A stretch of 64,000 nt of DNA from an uncultured Clostridia bacterium (GCA_947626885.1 CANQTX010000002.1:44531-108530); one strand, 5' to 3'; positions 21,092 to 31,721 are shown, numbered from the stretch's first letter. Translations and numbers: made by a program. Notes: generated by a model from the sequence alone, not told the origin.

Positions 21092-22105
21092 TTAATTGTT
21101 TTTCTCATAATTCCAAGAATCTCTACACATATCCTCAATTGTTTTTTCTGTTTCCCAATGTAACTCTTCTTTTGCTTTTGTTGGGTCAGCAAAATATTCC
21201 GCTAAATCTCCCTCTCTTCGTGCAGTAATTTTATATGGAATTTTGACACCATTTACTCTTTCAAATGTATTCACTAAATCCATTACAGAATAACCAATAC
21301 CATTCCCTAAATTATAAGTGTAAATTCCATGACCTTCTTTTTTAATTTTCTCTAATGCCTTAACATGCCCCTTGGCTACGTCAACTACATGTATAAAATC
21401 TCTAACCCCAGTTCCATCTTTGGTAGGATAATCATTTCCAAAAATATTTAAAAATTTTCTTTTTCCAGATGCCACTTGCATAATATAAGGCATTAAATTA
21501 TTAGGTATGCCATTTGGTGTTTCTCCTAGTAAACCGCTTTCGTGTGCTCCTATTGGATTGAAATATCTTAAAATAGCTATACACCATCTATTATCAGAAG
21601 CATAGAGATCTTCTAAAATTTGTTCTATCATCGATTTAATGCTACCATAAGGGTTAACCGTTTGTCCTCTTCCCATGCTTTCTGTGTATTTAGGGTTTCC
21701 AGGATTTCCATAAACAGTAGCAGAAGAACTAAATACAAGTTTTTTTACATGATACTTTTGCATCATTTCTAATAAATTTAAGGTACTTATTAGATTATTG
21801 GTATAATATTTTATTGGTTTTTTAACGGATTCACCTACTGCTTTTAATCCTGCAAAGTGAATAACAACATCTAATGTATTTTCCTTAAAAATTTTCTCTA
21901 GTGCTACTTTATCTGTTAAATCTATTTTATAGAATTGTGGCATTACTTGTGTTATTTTTTTTATATTTTCTAATACTTTTTCGTTACTATTACATAAATT
22001 ATCCACCAAAATAATTTCATATTTTTGGTGCATTAATTCTACACTAGTATGAGAGCCAATATATCCTAATCCACCTGTTACTAAAATTTTCATATTCTTC
22101 TCCAT
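21092..22105 (-). CDS. galE: UDP-glucose 4-epimerase
   Basis: KILVTGGLGYIGSHT Rossmann N-terminus, YxxxK catalytic motif, ~337 aa. Confidence 0.9.
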   Translation of the reverse strand: MEKNMKILVTGGLGYIGSHTSVELMHQKYEIILVDNLCNSNEKVLENIKKITQVMPQFYKIDLTDKVALEKIFKENTLDVVIHFAGLKAVGESVKKPIKYYTNNLISTLNLLEMMQKYHVKKLVFSSSATVYGNPGNPKYTESMGRGQTVNPYGSIKSMIEQILEDLYASDNRWCIAILRYFNPIGAHESGLLGETPNGIPNNLMPYIMQVASGKRKFLNIFGNDYPTKDGTGVRDFIHVVDVAKGHVKALEKIKKEGHGIYTYNLGNGIGYSVMDLVNTFERVNGVKIPYKITARREGDLAEYFADPTKAKEELHWETEKTIEDMCRDSWNYEKNN

Positions 22106-22145
22106 AAAATATTTCTATTTTCCTTTTGTTACAATATTGATGGAA

Positions 22146-23882
22146 TTACATCTTATTTGGCATTTTTATACCAAGTAATTTTGCTCCTGTTTTCAAAACT
22201 GTTCCAACAGCATTGTTAAGATATACTCTTGCATTTTGTATGTTTTTATCTTCGTTAAGGATTTTATTTTCATTATAAAAATTACTATAAGCTTGACTTA
22301 AATGAATTAAATACCTTGCCAAAAGTGATGGTTCATTTTTTGCTATAACAGACATTAATACATTTTCAAAATGATATAATAATGTTATTACCTTTAAACT
22401 TTGCTTATCCTGTAATAGATCAAAATGAACATCTGTAATATTCGGTAAATGCGTAACTTTTCGAGCCACACTTTGGGTACGTACATAAATATATTGTATG
22501 TATGGACCTGTTTCTCCATTAAAATTAAGAATCGTATTCCAATCAAATATTTGATCTTTTATGATAGTATTACATAAATTATTAAAAATAACAGCACCAA
22601 TCCCAATTTTTTCTGCTTCTTCTTGCTTGTTTTCCATTGTAGGATTTTTTTCTTCTATAATTGCTTTTGCTCTATCGATTGCTTCTTGTAAAAGTGCATC
22701 TACTTTAACAAGCGTTCCTTCACGTGTAGACATTTTTCCTGTTGTTAATCTTGTCATTCCATATGATACATGTTCCAATCCTTTTAAACATTTTTCAGGG
22801 ATATCTAAGTATTTAGCCACAGCGAAAACTTGTTTAAAATGAAGATTTTGTTCATAAGCAACTACATATAAGCATTTATCAAAGTGATATGTTCTAGCTC
22901 TATATAAAATAGCAGCTAAATCTCTTGTAGCATAAATCGTTGAGCCATTTGATTTTTTTATTAAACAAACACCTAAATTTTCTTCTTCCAAATTAACAAC
23001 TTTTGCACCTTGTGAATCTTTTAAAACGCCTTTATTTTCAAGCTTGTCTATCACTTCGTCCATTTTATCTATATAAAAAGCTTCTCCTTTTATGGAATCA
23101 AAATGAACATCCAATAAATCATATGTCTTTTGAAATTCTTTTAAGCTTAAATCCTTAAATTCGTTCCAAATTTTTACGCAGTAAGGATCTCCTTGTTCCA
23201 GCTTTTTAAAGTTCTCTCTACAAATTTCTAAAACTGTTTCATCTTCCTTGCATAAATGATTAATTCTTACATAAATATCTACTAAAGTATCAATAGGATT
23301 TTCTCCCAGAGTATACTCCCTTCCCCATCGCTTGTACCCTTCTATCATTTTTCCAAATTGTGTACCATAATCTCCTAAATGATTAATACCTACTGTATGA
23401 TATCCCATAAATTGATAAATATTATATAATGCTGCCCCAATAACAGTTGTTCTCAAATGTCCTATATGAAATGGTTTCGCTATGTTAGGTGAAGAATATT
23501 CTACTAAAATAGTTTTTCCTTTTCCACTTTGGTTAGCACCAAAATTTTCCTTTTTATTTTCTATTTCTTCTAATACCATTTGTGTTAATAATATTTTATT
23601 GGTATAAAAATTTAAGTATCCTCCTACAATTTCTATTTTTTCTATTATCTCATCTAGTGCTATGGCCTCTTTTAATTCTGTAGCAATAGCGATGGGAGCT
23701 TTTTTTAATGTTTTTGCTAATTTAAAACATGGAAAAGCATAATCTCCCATATCTTCATTAGGTGGTATTTCTATATATGTTACAATTTCTTCTACAGAAA
23801 TATTTGTTGCATTTGCTATTTTTTCTCCAATCCATTGTATCAAATTAATCATGTAACTTCCTTCTTTCATATAAATAATCAA
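22146..23882 (-). CDS. argS: arginine--tRNA ligase
   Basis: class-I HIGH motif (FHIGHLRTTVIG), 578 aa, DALR anticodon-binding C-terminus. Confidence 0.9.
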   Translation of the reverse strand: MIIYMKEGSYMINLIQWIGEKIANATNISVEEIVTYIEIPPNEDMGDYAFPCFKLAKTLKKAPIAIATELKEAIALDEIIEKIEIVGGYLNFYTNKILLTQMVLEEIENKKENFGANQSGKGKTILVEYSSPNIAKPFHIGHLRTTVIGAALYNIYQFMGYHTVGINHLGDYGTQFGKMIEGYKRWGREYTLGENPIDTLVDIYVRINHLCKEDETVLEICRENFKKLEQGDPYCVKIWNEFKDLSLKEFQKTYDLLDVHFDSIKGEAFYIDKMDEVIDKLENKGVLKDSQGAKVVNLEEENLGVCLIKKSNGSTIYATRDLAAILYRARTYHFDKCLYVVAYEQNLHFKQVFAVAKYLDIPEKCLKGLEHVSYGMTRLTTGKMSTREGTLVKVDALLQEAIDRAKAIIEEKNPTMENKQEEAEKIGIGAVIFNNLCNTIIKDQIFDWNTILNFNGETGPYIQYIYVRTQSVARKVTHLPNITDVHFDLLQDKQSLKVITLLYHFENVLMSVIAKNEPSLLARYLIHLSQAYSNFYNENKILNEDKNIQNARVYLNNAVGTVLKTGAKLLGIKMPNKM

Positions 23883-24417
23883 TTATTTTATTAACTAAAC
23901 CTACTACTGCTATTGCAGCAATTATTCCCGTTATAATTCCTAAACTATCAATTTGTATATCTAACCATCTAGGAGATCTTCCTAAGGTAAACTTTTGATG
24001 ATATTCATCACTAATAGCATATCCTATACCTAAAATTAATGTCATACTCATTTTTAAAAGTATACTTTTCTTTTGAGTAAAATAAACAGATAATAATAAA
24101 TAAATCGTCATTCCTCCTATTGTATACAAAATAAAATGAGCAATTTTTCTCGTAATTTTTTGTAAATGAAAGATTCTTTTATTGGTAACTTTGTTTTGTG
24201 ACGTGCTATGCATATCAATTACATGTTCTTCTTTATAATTTTCTGTTATTGCTATAATTTTATCCTTTATTGTTAATATGATTTCAATTACTTTTCCACT
24301 TAATTCACTAGATTGCGCACCATTTTGACTGGAAAATTGAAAAACCAATGTAGCCCAGATCATTAATAAAATGATTAGAAGTATTCTTACCATATGCAAA
24401 AGCTTTTTACTCTTCAA
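23845..24417 (-). CDS. VanZ family protein
   Basis: RKIAHFILYTIGG motif, 4 TM helices. Confidence 0.65.
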   Translation of the reverse strand: MKSKKLLHMVRILLIILLMIWATLVFQFSSQNGAQSSELSGKVIEIILTIKDKIIAITENYKEEHVIDMHSTSQNKVTNKRIFHLQKITRKIAHFILYTIGGMTIYLLLSVYFTQKKSILLKMSMTLILGIGYAISDEYHQKFTLGRSPRWLDIQIDSLGIITGIIAAIAVVGLVNKIIDYLYERRKLHD

Positions 24418-24874
24418 GACGATTCTTTCCTATTCTTTTTCTTATTTTTTGGAAGACTTGTATAATTAATAACATAAAGAAAACTCCAAAAACAATGCCT
24501 AATGAATCAATAAAAACATCTTTAATACTACCACTTCTACTTTCTACAAATACCTGATGTATTTCATCAATACTAGCATACCAAATACCTATCAATATAG
24601 AGGTAATAATTTTTCTTTTTTCTGTCCAATCATATGTTACAAATAACGCTATGAATAGCATACCACCTAATGTATATTCACTAAAATGTGCTATTTTTCT
24701 CACATATGGTTCTACCGTATCTATTTTTTCTTCATCATGAATCCAAATTGCTGTTATTTTTCTACTTAATCCACTAGATTGATTTCCATTTTGATTAGAC
24801 AAATGAAATACGAAAATAGCCCAAGTAATAATACATATAACTAATATGAATCGTATGATATTAATTTTTTTCAT
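24407..24874 (-). CDS. VanZ family protein (tandem paralogue)
   Basis: RKIAHFSEYTLGG motif; overlaps neighbour by 11 nt. Confidence 0.65.
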   Translation of the reverse strand: MKKINIIRFILVICIITWAIFVFHLSNQNGNQSSGLSRKITAIWIHDEEKIDTVEPYVRKIAHFSEYTLGGMLFIALFVTYDWTEKRKIITSILIGIWYASIDEIHQVFVESRSGSIKDVFIDSLGIVFGVFFMLLIIQVFQKIRKRIGKNRLEE

Positions 24875-24884
24875 TTTATCTTCC

Positions 24885-25202
24885 TTACTTCTTATTATAT
24901 TCTATTGCACTTAGTTTTATTATTAAATCCATATCATCATCTTCAGCAGCTTTATTTTTACGAATAGCACCACATTTTCTACACTTAAATAAAATAACAT
25001 AACCCTTTTTACTATCTAATGCTACTCCGATTGGTTCCAAATCTCCATGACAATTTTCTGCTCTATCACCAGGTTTTTTATCAACATGTTTTGAATGTAA
25101 ACAATATGGACAATGATTTCTGCAAGAATATCCTAGTTTTTTAACTTGTTTTCCACAATGTTCACATATAAATTCTTCATCAATAACTGTAAAATTTCGC
25201 AT
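24885..25202 (-). CDS. RNHCP domain-containing zinc-ribbon protein
   Basis: CEHCGK...CRNHCPYC...CRKCG cysteine clusters. Confidence 0.6.
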   Translation of the reverse strand: MRNFTVIDEEFICEHCGKQVKKLGYSCRNHCPYCLHSKHVDKKPGDRAENCHGDLEPIGVALDSKKGYVILFKCRKCGAIRKNKAAEDDDMDLIIKLSAIEYNKK

Positions 25203-25242
25203 ATATTCTTTTTCCTATACTATAAAAATTCATAAATACATC

Positions 25243-26889
25243 TTATTCATCTTCAAAAATACTACCACCTATAAATTCTCTTAATAATGAATTATTAGGA
25301 ACCATCTCTACTTCAAAATTTTCAAAATACTTCAACAAAGAAATTAATCGCTTTGCTTCAGCATATTCCCTTGAAGTGTCTGATACGGTTTCTAACAAAG
25401 GTATTGCATAGCTTTTTAAAGCTGCCAACTCATATACAATAGAAGAATTGAACATACAATCTGCTTCTTCTTGATAAGGAAAAATATTTTTGTTTTCTCC
25501 CCTATTAACAGAATACCAGTTTTTTAAGGTTTCTTCTGCTGAATAACCTCTAAATTGATAATCTCTAACAATTCTTCTAATTAATCTTGTATCTGTTGTT
25601 GAAATACGATTATAATAATCTATATTAAGTACTGTTAGGTCACTAATATAAATTTTAAATTTATTTTTCCTTGCAATTTGATTTGTTAATTTATCATTTA
25701 AACAATGAATGCCTTCTATTACTAAAATTTCATCATTTGCTAATTGTAATGTATTTCCATTATATTCCTTATGTCCTGTAGTAAAATTGAAAGTTGGTAA
25801 TAATACTTCTTTTCCATTTAATAAATCAATTAATTGATTATTTAATAAATGAACATCTATGGCTTCTATACACTCAAAATCAAAATTTCCTTGTTCATCT
25901 TTTGGCGTAGCTTCCCTTTCCACAAAATAATTGTCTACGGAAATAGTTATTGGTTTGATGCCATTGACTCTTAAACTCATTCCTAATTTTTTAGCAAATG
26001 TAGTTTTACCAGATGAAGAAGGTCCGGCAATCAATACCATTCTAACATCTTGACGATTTTTTATTTTTTGTGCAATTTCAGCTATTTTCTTTTCATGTAA
26101 AGCCTCTGAAAATAGAATTAACTCTTTTGTGCCACCTTTTTCTTTAATTTTTTTATTTAAACGATAAACTGTGTTAATTTTCATCAATTTATTAATTTCA
26201 TTGTACTCTCTCAAAGCTGCTACTAATTTTTTATTATTTACGTTAGGCTGTATCACATCTGGTTCTAATAAACTAGGATATTTTATTAAAAAACCATCTT
26301 CATAAGGCACTAAATCAAATATAGTTGCAAAACCTGTTGTTGTAGGCATAGTGCCATAAAAATAATTATAATAATTTTCACAATAATATAATGAAACTTT
26401 TTCTTTATCAATGTCTATTTGTAATCTTCCTCTTAAAGTGGTTTCCTTTTTATAAAATATTCTAGCTTCTTCTTGCGTCATCGTTTGTTTTATAATTGGT
26501 AAATTTTTATTTATTATTTCTTGCATTTTTATTTTAACATTAGCAATCATTTCTTTTGTTACTTCTAAATTATCTATACTTCCAAACATAGCATTAGATA
26601 ATTGATAATTCACTGTTAATAGTGCATCTGGATATACTTCCGAAAAAGCTTTACACATGAGAAATAATAAACCTCTTATATAAATAATGCGACCATCACG
26701 ATTTTGTCTATTGATGAATTCAATTTCTCCCTCTTTCTCAATGGGAAAATTCAGTGATTCTATACGATTGTTGAGTCTTGCCGCAATAATATCTTTCATT
26801 TCATTATTTTCTATTTGGTCTTTAAAAGCTGCTTGTATTGTTGTTCCTTTTTTTACAGAAAATTCTTTTCCTTTATATGTTATAATCAT
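25243..26889 (-). CDS. TGS domain plus uridine kinase/phosphoribulokinase-family nucleoside kinase
   Basis: N-terminal TGS-like region, P-loop GPSSSGKTT, 548 aa. Confidence 0.7.
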   Translation of the reverse strand: MIITYKGKEFSVKKGTTIQAAFKDQIENNEMKDIIAARLNNRIESLNFPIEKEGEIEFINRQNRDGRIIYIRGLLFLMCKAFSEVYPDALLTVNYQLSNAMFGSIDNLEVTKEMIANVKIKMQEIINKNLPIIKQTMTQEEARIFYKKETTLRGRLQIDIDKEKVSLYYCENYYNYFYGTMPTTTGFATIFDLVPYEDGFLIKYPSLLEPDVIQPNVNNKKLVAALREYNEINKLMKINTVYRLNKKIKEKGGTKELILFSEALHEKKIAEIAQKIKNRQDVRMVLIAGPSSSGKTTFAKKLGMSLRVNGIKPITISVDNYFVEREATPKDEQGNFDFECIEAIDVHLLNNQLIDLLNGKEVLLPTFNFTTGHKEYNGNTLQLANDEILVIEGIHCLNDKLTNQIARKNKFKIYISDLTVLNIDYYNRISTTDTRLIRRIVRDYQFRGYSAEETLKNWYSVNRGENKNIFPYQEEADCMFNSSIVYELAALKSYAIPLLETVSDTSREYAEAKRLISLLKYFENFEVEMVPNNSLLREFIGGSIFEDE

Positions 26890-26946
26890 GCCATTTTCCT
26901 TGTATTCTATATTTAGGTTTTTAAAAGGTTACCCATAAACCTTTTT

Positions 26947-27138
26947 TTATGAAAAATTAAAATATACTAATAATCCACCTAAAATAACAAATAAAAAACC
27001 AAACATTTTTAATCCTAATGTTGCATCATTTTTGTCGCCAAAACTAAAGTATTTTTTAACAATTGGTCTTGCATCATAAATAAATTTAATGCCAAATACT
27101 AATGCTATTGTTCCAATAAATAATAGAAATATTTTCAT
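26947..27138 (-). CDS. small membrane protein (2 TM)
   Basis: 63 aa, two hydrophobic helices. Confidence 0.4.
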   Translation of the reverse strand: MKIFLLFIGTIALVFGIKFIYDARPIVKKYFSFGDKNDATLGLKMFGFLFVILGGLLVYFNFS

Positions 27139-27204
27139 TCAACATCCTCTTTTTTACAAATTAACATATATATTTTATTATCTTTGTATTATTTTGTCAA
27201 TGTT

Positions 27205-29253
27205 TTAAATCTCTATTCTATTTTTAAATTTTTCATCAACCAACTTCCTTAATGTTTGATGTTCTTTTTGTTCTAATAAAGGGTCTTGATTTATAATTTC
27301 TATAGCAATTTCTTGTACTTGCTTTAACATTTCAACATCTTCAAATAAATTTGCTATCTTAAATTCTGGTAATCCATGCTGTCTTGTTCCAAAAAACTCT
27401 CCTGTACCACGTAATTCTAAGTCCTTCTCTGAGATAACAAATCCATCATTTGTACTTGAAATAACCTTCATTCTTTCTCGTATAACTTCTGAATTTCCCT
27501 GGTATTTTAAAATACAATAAGATTGATATTCACCACGTCCTACTCTTCCTCTTAATTGATGTAATTGTGCAAGTCCAAATCTTTCCGCATTTTCAATAAT
27601 CATCATATTAGCATTAGGAACATTTACGCCAACCTCTATAACTGTTGTAGAAATTAAAATATCAATGTTACCATTTTTAAATTCTTCCATAATGGCATCT
27701 TTTTCCCTTGGTCGCATCTTTCCATGTAAATATTCTACTCTGTAGTTTTTAAAAATTTGATGCTTATAAAACTCTGAAAGTTCCGTAACAGACTTAGCAT
27801 TAATCTCTTCATTCTCTTCTACTAAAGGGCACACAATATAACACTGTCTTCCTTCGTTAATGTTTTTAGCTACAAAAGCATTTACTCGTTCCTCCATTTG
27901 TTTTGTTACTGCATACGTTTCAATTTTTTTTCTATTGGGTGGCAATTCATCAATAATAGAAATATCTAAGTCTCCATATAATATTAACGCTAGTGTTCTA
28001 GGAATTGGTGTAGCAGTCATAACAAGCACATCTGGATTCTTTCCCTTCTCTGTCACAATACTTCTTTGACGTACGCCAAATCTATGTTGTTCGTCTGTCA
28101 CAACTAATCCTAAATTTTTAAAAATAACATTTTCTTCTAAAATTGCATGTGTTCCAATTAAAATATCAATTTCTCCGTTTGCTAATTGCTGTAGAATATC
28201 CTCTTTTTTCTTTTTCGAAATGCCACTAATTAATAATTCACATCGTATTCCTAAATTTTTTAATATTTCACGGAAACTTTCTAAATGCTGTGTAGCAAGT
28301 ATCGCAGTGGGTACCATAATTGTTGCTTGATAGCCTGACTTTACTGCTTTGTAAGCAGCAATTAAAGCCACAACCGTTTTACCAGAGCCAACATCTCCTT
28401 GTAATAAACGATTCATAGGTTTCATTGACTCCATATCTTTATCGATTTCTTCCAATACACGTAGCTGTGCCCTTGTTAATTTGAACGGTAGCACATCTAT
28501 TACATCAGACATTTTTGCTTCTTTTGAAAAAGTAATTCCTTCTGCTTTAATTTCATATTTGTTTTTTAGACTAAGTAAAGCCAATTGCATTGATAGTAAC
28601 TCTTCGAATACAAGCCTTTTTCTTGCCAAATTAAATTTTTCAAAATTTTCTGGAAAATGTATCTGTTTTATTGCTGTATTTAAATCATATAAATGATACT
28701 TTTCTAACATATATTGCGGTAATGTTTCTTCTAACTTTCCTTCTACTTCCACAAGACCATTTTCTATGATTTTTCGAATAGTGTTTTGTGATAATTTATA
28801 AGTCAGTGGATAAATAGGAATAATTTTTCCTGTATTTTTCTGAGAATCTTCCAATTCATATACAGGTGATTGCATTTCAATTTTTCCATATTTAAAATTT
28901 ACTTTTCCATAAAACTTATACTTAGTTCCTTGCTGAAACTGTTTTTTTAAATAAGGTTGATTATACCAAGTAATGAAACAAGTACCTGTTTCATCTCGTA
29001 CTACCAATTTATATAATGCTAAATTTTTTCGGATATGTACTTCATTCATTCTTCCAATGGGAAATGCACAAATCAGAGCTTCTTCACCATCAATAAGCTC
29101 ATTAATCTTTTTCACTTTCCCTCGATCTTCATATACTCTTGGAAAATAAGTAATCAAATCTTTTAAGTTATAAATTCCAAGTTTATTTAATAATGTAACA
29201 CGGTTTGGTCCTACGCCTTTAATATATTGTACTTCTTTGTCTAAATTTACCAT
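27205..29253 (-). CDS. recG: ATP-dependent DNA helicase RecG
   Basis: 682 aa, wedge domain plus SF2 helicase motifs (GDVGSGKT, DEQHRFG). Confidence 0.95.
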   Translation of the reverse strand: MVNLDKEVQYIKGVGPNRVTLLNKLGIYNLKDLITYFPRVYEDRGKVKKINELIDGEEALICAFPIGRMNEVHIRKNLALYKLVVRDETGTCFITWYNQPYLKKQFQQGTKYKFYGKVNFKYGKIEMQSPVYELEDSQKNTGKIIPIYPLTYKLSQNTIRKIIENGLVEVEGKLEETLPQYMLEKYHLYDLNTAIKQIHFPENFEKFNLARKRLVFEELLSMQLALLSLKNKYEIKAEGITFSKEAKMSDVIDVLPFKLTRAQLRVLEEIDKDMESMKPMNRLLQGDVGSGKTVVALIAAYKAVKSGYQATIMVPTAILATQHLESFREILKNLGIRCELLISGISKKKKEDILQQLANGEIDILIGTHAILEENVIFKNLGLVVTDEQHRFGVRQRSIVTEKGKNPDVLVMTATPIPRTLALILYGDLDISIIDELPPNRKKIETYAVTKQMEERVNAFVAKNINEGRQCYIVCPLVEENEEINAKSVTELSEFYKHQIFKNYRVEYLHGKMRPREKDAIMEEFKNGNIDILISTTVIEVGVNVPNANMMIIENAERFGLAQLHQLRGRVGRGEYQSYCILKYQGNSEVIRERMKVISSTNDGFVISEKDLELRGTGEFFGTRQHGLPEFKIANLFEDVEMLKQVQEIAIEIINQDPLLEQKEHQTLRKLVDEKFKNRIEI

Positions 29254-29359
29254 TTAAATTTCCATATCTTTCCCTATATTTTACTCATAAAATTTTATCA
29301 TATAATCTTTTTTTTTACAATTAAAAATATATTAAAGTGACTTTTTTTGATGCTTTTCA

Positions 29360-29388
29360 TTGATTTATATGGCATTTTATGTTATAAT
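29360..29388 (+). promoter_or_regulatory. near-consensus sigma-A promoter for the plus-strand orphan gene
   Basis: TTGATT (29360-29365), 17-bp spacer, TGtTATAAT extended -10 (29380-29388); RBS GGGAG 9 nt before ATG at 29440. Confidence 0.65.
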
Positions 29389-29439
29389 GATTTTGTTTTT
29401 TGGTATACTCCAAAAACTAATTTATCATTTTTATAGGGA

Positions 29440-30474
29440 GTGATTTTTATGAATAATACTCGGATTTCACTTGGAGATTTCTTTGGAGTGACATATCCTT
29501 CTGTAGAAAAAGCGCATGAGCTTCTTGGTTATGGATCTTATTATGGTCATAAACCTGCTACAAATTTTTCTTTCACTGGCATGTCTTCTCCTAAAAAGAC
29601 TTCAGTTTCTTCGAAATATCCTAAGGAAAAGTCCCCTAGAAAGGAAAAGAAGGAAAAGGAAATGGTCATCGCTAAAGAGAAGGTTTCAGGCTGTTCAGAA
29701 ATAATGCCTTTATACAAAGAAGAGTTATTTCCTGAATCCTATGTAACGCTAGCTATCATTTTGGCAAAAATCCGCAAAGAGATTCATCAAGTAAGGTCAG
29801 TAGTTTACTGTAATCAAATGCCCAAGTCTTTTAAAAAATCATTACTCCAGGTACTTAAAACAAGTTCTCTGGACATAAAACAAAAACAAAAAATTAAAAG
29901 ACTGATACAGTTTGAAGAAGTAAATGATGAGGAAGCGATAAGATCAAAATTTGTAGCTGCAATTCTTAAAGCAAATACAAAGAACCTTTCATCCCTTACT
30001 TTCTCTTCCGTACAAAAGGAAGAATATCTTAAAAAATTGCATCTTCTTGAAAAAAAATTCCAAAAGATGCAAGAAAGTATGAGAGTGAGAAGTAATTCAA
30101 AAACTGCTAGCAGCAGACAGATTACATCCGTAGCTTCCACTTCGTCACAACCTTTAACGTATCATCGTTCTTCTTCGAAAAAACAAAGAGAAAAAGATGC
30201 TTCAAGGGTCTCTAAAAAAAGCTTTCAGAATGCCGTTTTGGAAGACTGGAAAGGAGTTTCTTCTGACTGCCAAGAATACGTTGGCTATGTAGTTAAGGAT
30301 TTTTTTGAAACTATTTTTCTGCCTTCTATGAAAGAGGCGGAACAATATCCTGATCGTTCAGAAGCCATCATCATGGAATTAGAAGTATATCTTCACTTTC
30401 TGGATGATGAGATAGATAACGATAATTTTCTTCTTATTGAGGAAATGTGGAATCGTTTAGGATTCAATTCATAA
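29440..30474 (+). CDS. hypothetical Ser/Lys-rich protein with atypical (GC-richer) codon usage
   Basis: 344 aa, no recognisable domain; uses CGG/GGC/GTC/TCC/AAG/GAG codons rare in neighbouring genes; only plus-strand gene in a ~37-kb minus-strand run. Confidence 0.6.
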   Translation: MIFMNNTRISLGDFFGVTYPSVEKAHELLGYGSYYGHKPATNFSFTGMSSPKKTSVSSKYPKEKSPRKEKKEKEMVIAKEKVSGCSEIMPLYKEELFPESYVTLAIILAKIRKEIHQVRSVVYCNQMPKSFKKSLLQVLKTSSLDIKQKQKIKRLIQFEEVNDEEAIRSKFVAAILKANTKNLSSLTFSSVQKEEYLKKLHLLEKKFQKMQESMRVRSNSKTASSRQITSVASTSSQPLTYHRSSSKKQREKDASRVSKKSFQNAVLEDWKGVSSDCQEYVGYVVKDFFETIFLPSMKEAEQYPDRSEAIIMELEVYLHFLDDEIDNDNFLLIEEMWNRLGFNS

Positions 30475-30487
30475 ATCAAACATTCCT

Positions 30488-30546
30488 GCGCCGGCCCACA
30501 AATTGAGAGAATTACCCTCTAGCCGTGGACCGGCGCCTTCATTTTT
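30488..30546. terminator. GC-rich rho-independent terminator (bidirectional, between convergent orphan gene and ytfJ)
   Basis: GCGCCGGCCCAC (30488-30499) pairs with GTGGACCGGCGC (30525-30536), 11 of 12 bp with one mismatch; T5 run follows at 30542-30546. Confidence 0.7.
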
Positions 30547-31114
30547 ATTCATCTTCTAAATAATCACTATTTTTTGTTTCATCATATTCTATTTCAATTT
30601 CTTGTTTTTCTACAGGACCTTTTTTGGTACTTTTAGTTTTTACCTTATTAGGAGTATTCTCATTATTTTCTTTTTCTTCGTCATTTTTCTTATCTTGTAC
30701 TTTTGCATCTATGGTTTTATTAACAATATTATTTGCTCTTTGCATTAAATCTGGTACATAATCCATTAATTTGTCTATAGCAGAACTATGTTCTATTGGC
30801 ATTACTTTAATAGAATCATTTGTTACTACAACGAATGCCACTGGGTTAATACTAACCCCTGCACCACTTCCTCCACCAAATGGAAGTCGATACTGCACTT
30901 CTTCTTCTTTATCTTTCTTTTTGTATTCGTCGATTGTTTCTCCACTAAATTCACTTCCTCCTGCTGCAAATCCAAAGCAAACTTTAGAGATTGGTATAAT
31001 TACCATACCATTTGTAGTTTCTATTGGTTCTCCAATAATGGTATTTACATCTACCATGTCTTGAATACTATTCATAGCTGTTTTCATAAGACCTTCTATA
31101 GGATGTTCGCTCAT
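30545..31114 (-). CDS. ytfJ: sporulation protein YtfJ/GerW family
   Basis: IIGEPIETTNGMVIIPISKVCFGFAAGGSEF matches YtfJ family; K/E-rich C-terminal tail. Confidence 0.8.
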   Translation of the reverse strand: MSEHPIEGLMKTAMNSIQDMVDVNTIIGEPIETTNGMVIIPISKVCFGFAAGGSEFSGETIDEYKKKDKEEEVQYRLPFGGGSGAGVSINPVAFVVVTNDSIKVMPIEHSSAIDKLMDYVPDLMQRANNIVNKTIDAKVQDKKNDEEKENNENTPNKVKTKSTKKGPVEKQEIEIEYDETKNSDYLEDE

Positions 31115-31721
31115 AATTTTTTACTCTCCTTTTCTTATAATTTAATAATATATTCATAATATGTGCCGTTTTTATAGCAATTATACTATTTGCTTTTAAC
31201 GATACAATATTCGTATTTTTATAATATGGTGTGATAATGTATTGATATTTTACAGGATTATACCTTTTTACACTATCTCTTACTGCTATACTCAATATGG
31301 TAGATATAGCGAAAATCATAAAAGATGTTAACAAAACATTCTTAAATCCTAAATCTAGGTTTAAATCTAACTTTTCTAATTTGGGTTTTAGTTTTTTTAA
31401 ATCGCTCCATTGAAAATCTTTTTCAAAATCTCTTACATTTTCTTTTGTTATTTTAGTAAACATATGAGATTCTTTCATAACTTCATAAGAAATTTTTTTC
31501 CACAAAAAATGCATGCCATCTTCTTCAAAACGAATTCCTAATATTTTTATGTTTCCATATAAAAATATTCCTAAATTTATATTATATTGTAATTTTACCT
31601 TTTCTTGAAGCTTTTCATATTCTAGATATTTTATGTGAATTTTAATTTTAGAAAAATAAATGCCTATAGCCAAAAAAATAAAAAAACTATATACAGCTAA
31701 AAGTTTCAGTAAAATTATCAT
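31068..31721 (-). CDS. membrane protein, possibly YtfI (DUF2953)-like
   Basis: 217 aa with N-terminal TM; position immediately upstream of ytfJ as in Bacillus ytfI-ytfJ. Confidence 0.35.
   Translation of the reverse strand: MIILLKLLAVYSFFIFLAIGIYFSKIKIHIKYLEYEKLQEKVKLQYNINLGIFLYGNIKILGIRFEEDGMHFLWKKISYEVMKESHMFTKITKENVRDFEKDFQWSDLKKLKPKLEKLDLNLDLGFKNVLLTSFMIFAISTILSIAVRDSVKRYNPVKYQYIITPYYKNTNIVSLKANSIIAIKTAHIMNILLNYKKRRVKNYERTSYRRSYENSYE

Noticed and set aside
29440-30474. Idea that the orphan gene is of eukaryotic (host) origin because of its Ser/Lys-rich low-complexity sequence
   Set aside because: Its codon usage and moderate GC look like a Firmicute donor rather than metazoan cDNA. It also carries a bacterial sigma-A promoter, RBS and intrinsic terminator. 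There is no evidence for a eukaryotic source.
30545-31114. 47-nt overlap between ytfJ and the upstream membrane-protein gene
   Set aside because: It is probably an artefact of choosing the longest ORF for ytfJ. Internal Met codons (MKTAMNS / MNSIQ) shorten it, though they do not remove the overlap entirely. It is not treated as a programmed overlap.
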